NCBI GenBank assembly: GCA_030390025.1
Contig: CM059431.1
Location: forward strand, 67,208,001 to 67,272,000
Length of the DNA: 64,000 bases
Origin: Squalus acanthias
Taxonomy: Eukaryota
Reading direction: 5' to 3'
This document shows, one piece after another, positions 60,645 through 64,000 of the stretch; the first letter of the stretch is position 1; each line of letters opens with the position of its first letter. The notes beneath the pieces are model-generated. The model was not told the DNA's origin, did no database searches, and saw nothing but the letters and a program-made list of their open reading frames with translations. Both the position numbers and the translations under genes were made by a program.

Positions 60645-63093
60645 TCGTAGAATCACAGAATGGTTACAGCACAGAAGAAGGCCATTCGGCCCATCGAGCC
60701 CATGCCGGCTCTCTGCAAGAACACTTCAGCTAGTCCCACTCCCCTGCCCTTTCCCCGTAGCCCTGCAATTATTTTTCCTTCAGGTACTTATCCAATTCCC
60801 TTTGGAAAGCCACGATTGAGTCTGCCTCACCACCCTTTCAGGCAGTGTATTCCAAATCCTAACCACTCGCTGTGTAAAGAAGTTTTTCCTCAAGTTGCCT
60901 TTGGTTCTTTTGCCAATCGCCTTAAATCTGTGTCCTCTGGTTCTCGACCCATCTGCCAATGGGAACAGTTTCTCTCTATCTACTCTGTCTAGACCCCTCA
61001 TGATTTTGAACACCTCTGTCAAATCTCCTCTCAACATTCTCTGCTCTATGGAGAACAACCCCAGCTTTTCTAGTCTATCCACGTAACTGAAGTCCCTCAT
61101 CCCTGGATTCATTCTCGTAAATCTTTTCTGCACCCTCTCTAAGGCCTTCACATCCTTCCTAAAGTGCGGTGCCCAGAATTGGACACAGTACTCCAGATGA
61201 GGCCAAACCAGTGTTTTATAAAGGTTCATCATAACTTCCTTGCTTTCGTACTCTCTGCCTCTATTTATGAAGCCCAGGATCCCGTATGCTTTTTTTAACC
61301 GCTTTCTCAACCTGCCCTGCCACCTTCAATGATTTGTGCATATTTACCCCCAGGTTTCTCTGTTCATGCACCCCTTTTAGGATTTTACCCTTTCGTTTAT
61401 ATTGCCTCTCCTCGTTCTTCCTACCAAAATTTATCACTTTGCACTTTTCTGCGTTAAATTTCATCTGCCACGTGTCCGCCCATTCCACCAGCCTGTCTAT
61501 CTTCTTGACGTCTATCACTATCCTCCTCACTGTTCACTATACTTCCAAATTTTGAATGTGTGCCCTGTACACCCAAGTCATTAATATATATCAAGAAAAG
61601 CAGTGGTCCCAGTACCGACCCCTGGGGAATACCACTGTATACCTTCCTGCAGTCCAAAAAACAACCGTTCACCACTACTCTCTGTTTCCTGTCACTTAGC
61701 CAATTTCGTATCCATGCTGCCACTGTCCCTTTTATTCCATGGCTTCAACTTTGCTGGCAAACCTATTATGTGGCACTTTATCAAACACCTTTTAGAAGTC
61801 CATGTACACCACATCAACCGCATTGCCCTCATCAACCCACTCTGTTACCTCATCAAAAAACTCGATCAAGTTAGTTAAACACGATTTACCTTTAACAAAT
61901 CCGTGCTGGCTTTCCTTAATTAATCCACACTTGTCCAAGTGAGTGTTAACTTTGTCCCGGATAATCGCTTCTAAAAGCTTCCCCACTACCGAGGTTAAAC
62001 TGACTGGCAGTTGCTGGGTTTATCCTTACACCCTTTTTTGAACAAGGGTGTAAAATTTGCAATTCTCCAGTCCTCTGGCACCACCCCCGTACCTAAGGAG
62101 GATTGAAAGATTATGGTCAGTACCTCCGCGATTTCCTCCTTAACTTCCCTCAGCATCCTAGGATGCATCCCATCCGGTCCTGGTGACTTTTCAAATTTAA
62201 GTACAGACAGCCTTTCTAGTACCTCCTCTTTATCAATTTTTATCTCATCCAGTATCTCTGCTACCTCCTCTTTCACTATGACTTTGGCAGCACCTTCTTC
62301 CTTGGTGAAGACAGATGCAAAGTACTCATTTAGTACCTCTGCCTCCATGTGTAGGTCTCCTTTTTGGTCCCTAATCGACCCCACCCCTCCTCTTACTACC
62401 CATTTGTTATTTATATGCCTATAGAAGACTTTTGAATTCCCTTTTATGTTAGCTGCCAATCTATTCTCATACTCTCTCTTTGCCCCTTTTATTTTCTTTT
62501 TCATTTATCCTCTGAACTTTCTATATTCAGCCTGATTCTCACTTGTATTCTCAACCTGACATCTGTCATACACGCTCTTTTTCTTCTTCATCTTTCTATC
62601 TCTTTCATTATCTAGGGAGCTCTGGCTTTAGTTGCCCTACCTTTCCCCATCGTGGGAATGTACCTCGATTGTACCCGAACCATCTCCTCTTTAAAGGCAG
62701 CCCATTGTTCGATTACAGTTTTGCCTGCCAATCTTTGATTCCAATTTACCCGGACCAGCTCTGTTCTCAACCCACTGAAATTGGCCCTCCAATTAAGTAT
62801 TTTTACTCTAGATTTCTCAGTGTCCTTTTCCATAGCTAACCTAAACCTTATGATACTATAATCACTGTTCCCTAAATGTTCCCCTACTGACACTTGCTCC
62901 ACTTGACCCACCTCATTCCCCAGAACCAGATCCAGCAATGCCTCCTTCCTCATTGGGCCGGAAACGTATTGATCAAGAAAGTTCTCCTGAACACACTTCA
63001 GAAATTTTTTCCCCTCTCTGCCCTTTACACTTACTATCCCAGTCTATATTAGGATACTATCCCAGTCAATATTAGGATAATTGAAGTCCCCCA
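60645..63093 (-). mobile_element. CR1 LINE ORF2 and 3' end
   Basis: EALLDLVLGNE, EYFASVFTKE, HGFVKGKSCLTNLIEFF, PQGSVLGPLLFLIYINDL, QMKFNAEKC and RGHRFK motifs, frameshifted, with an ATTCT-type tail. Confidence 0.95.
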
Positions 63094-64000
63094 TTTTTAA
63101 AAATTCGCTTATGGGATGTGGGCGTCACTGGCGAGGCCAGCATTTATTACCCATCCCTAGCTGCCCTTGAGAAGGTGGTGGTGAGCCGCCGCCTTGAACC
63201 GCTGCAGTCCGTGTGGTGAAGGTACTCCCACAATGCTGTTAGGTAGGGAGTTCCAGGATTTTGACCCAGCGACGATGAAGGATTGGCGATATACTTCTAA
63301 GTCAGGATGGTGTGTGACTTGGAGGGGCACTTGGAGGTGGTGGTGCTCCCATGCGCCTGCTGCCCTTGTCCTTCTAGGTGGAAGAGGTCGCAGGTTTGGG
63401 AGGTGCTGCCGAAGAAGCCTTGGCGAGTTGCTGCAATGCATCTTGAGATGGTACACACTGCAGCCACGGTATGCCGGTGGTGGAGGGAGTGAATGTTTAA
63501 GGTGGTGGATGGGGTGCCAATCAAACGAGCTGTTTTGTCCTGGATGGTGTCGAGCCTCTTGAGTGTTGTTGGAGCTGCACTCATCCAGGCAAGTGGAGAG
63601 TATTCCATCACACTCCTTACTTGTGTCTTGTAGATAGTGGAAAGGCTTTGGGTAGTCAGGAGGTGAGACACTCACTGCAGAATACTTAGCCTCTGACCTG
63701 CTCTTGTTGCCACAGTATTTATGTGGCTGGTCCAGTTAAGTTTATGGTCAATGGTGACCCCCCAGGATGTTGATAGTGGGGGATTCGGACCCCCCAGGAT
63801 GTTGATAGTGGGGGATTCGGTGATGGTAATGTCGTTGAATGTCAAGGGGAATGTGGTTAGACTCTCGCTTGTTGGAGATAGTCATTGCCTGGCACTTCTG
63901 TGGCGCGAATGTTACCTGCCACTTATCAGCCCAAGCCTGATCGTCATCCAGGTCTTGTTGCATGTGGGCATGGACTGCTTCATTATCTGAGGAGTTGTGA
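63094..64000 (-). mobile_element. 3' part of the same Zenon-like LINE family as 31575-34090
   Basis: Reverse complement of 33245-34085, with a 32-bp tandem duplication at 63756-63820. Confidence 0.92.

Overview
Eukaryotic, repeat-rich vertebrate DNA, very probably from a cartilaginous fish (shark). The basis is an HE1-type V-SINE, Deu-domain SINEs and the CR1/L2/Penelope mix; the species cannot be determined. No host protein-coding exon was identified, and the window reads like a large intron or intergenic region. It holds two PIF/Harbinger transposons: one has an apparently intact three-exon Myb/SANT gene running off the left edge, and the other is a near full-length, decayed two-gene element at 8002-11520 inserted in a CR1. 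It also holds many Harbinger-type MITEs with GGG-N-(A)AATT termini, numerous CR1 and L2 LINE fragments (often nested), and a single-ORF EN-RT LINE with a tRNA-like 5' head plus a SINE sharing both its ends. Six Penelope-like fragments from two families each carry a minimal type I hammerhead ribozyme motif, two of them with intact cores. TE-poor stretches (about 3.4-7.5, 16.2-16.7, 54-55.3 and 59.2-60.3 kb) may hold host regulatory or non-coding exon sequence. All calls were made by eye; boundaries of old repeats are approximate.
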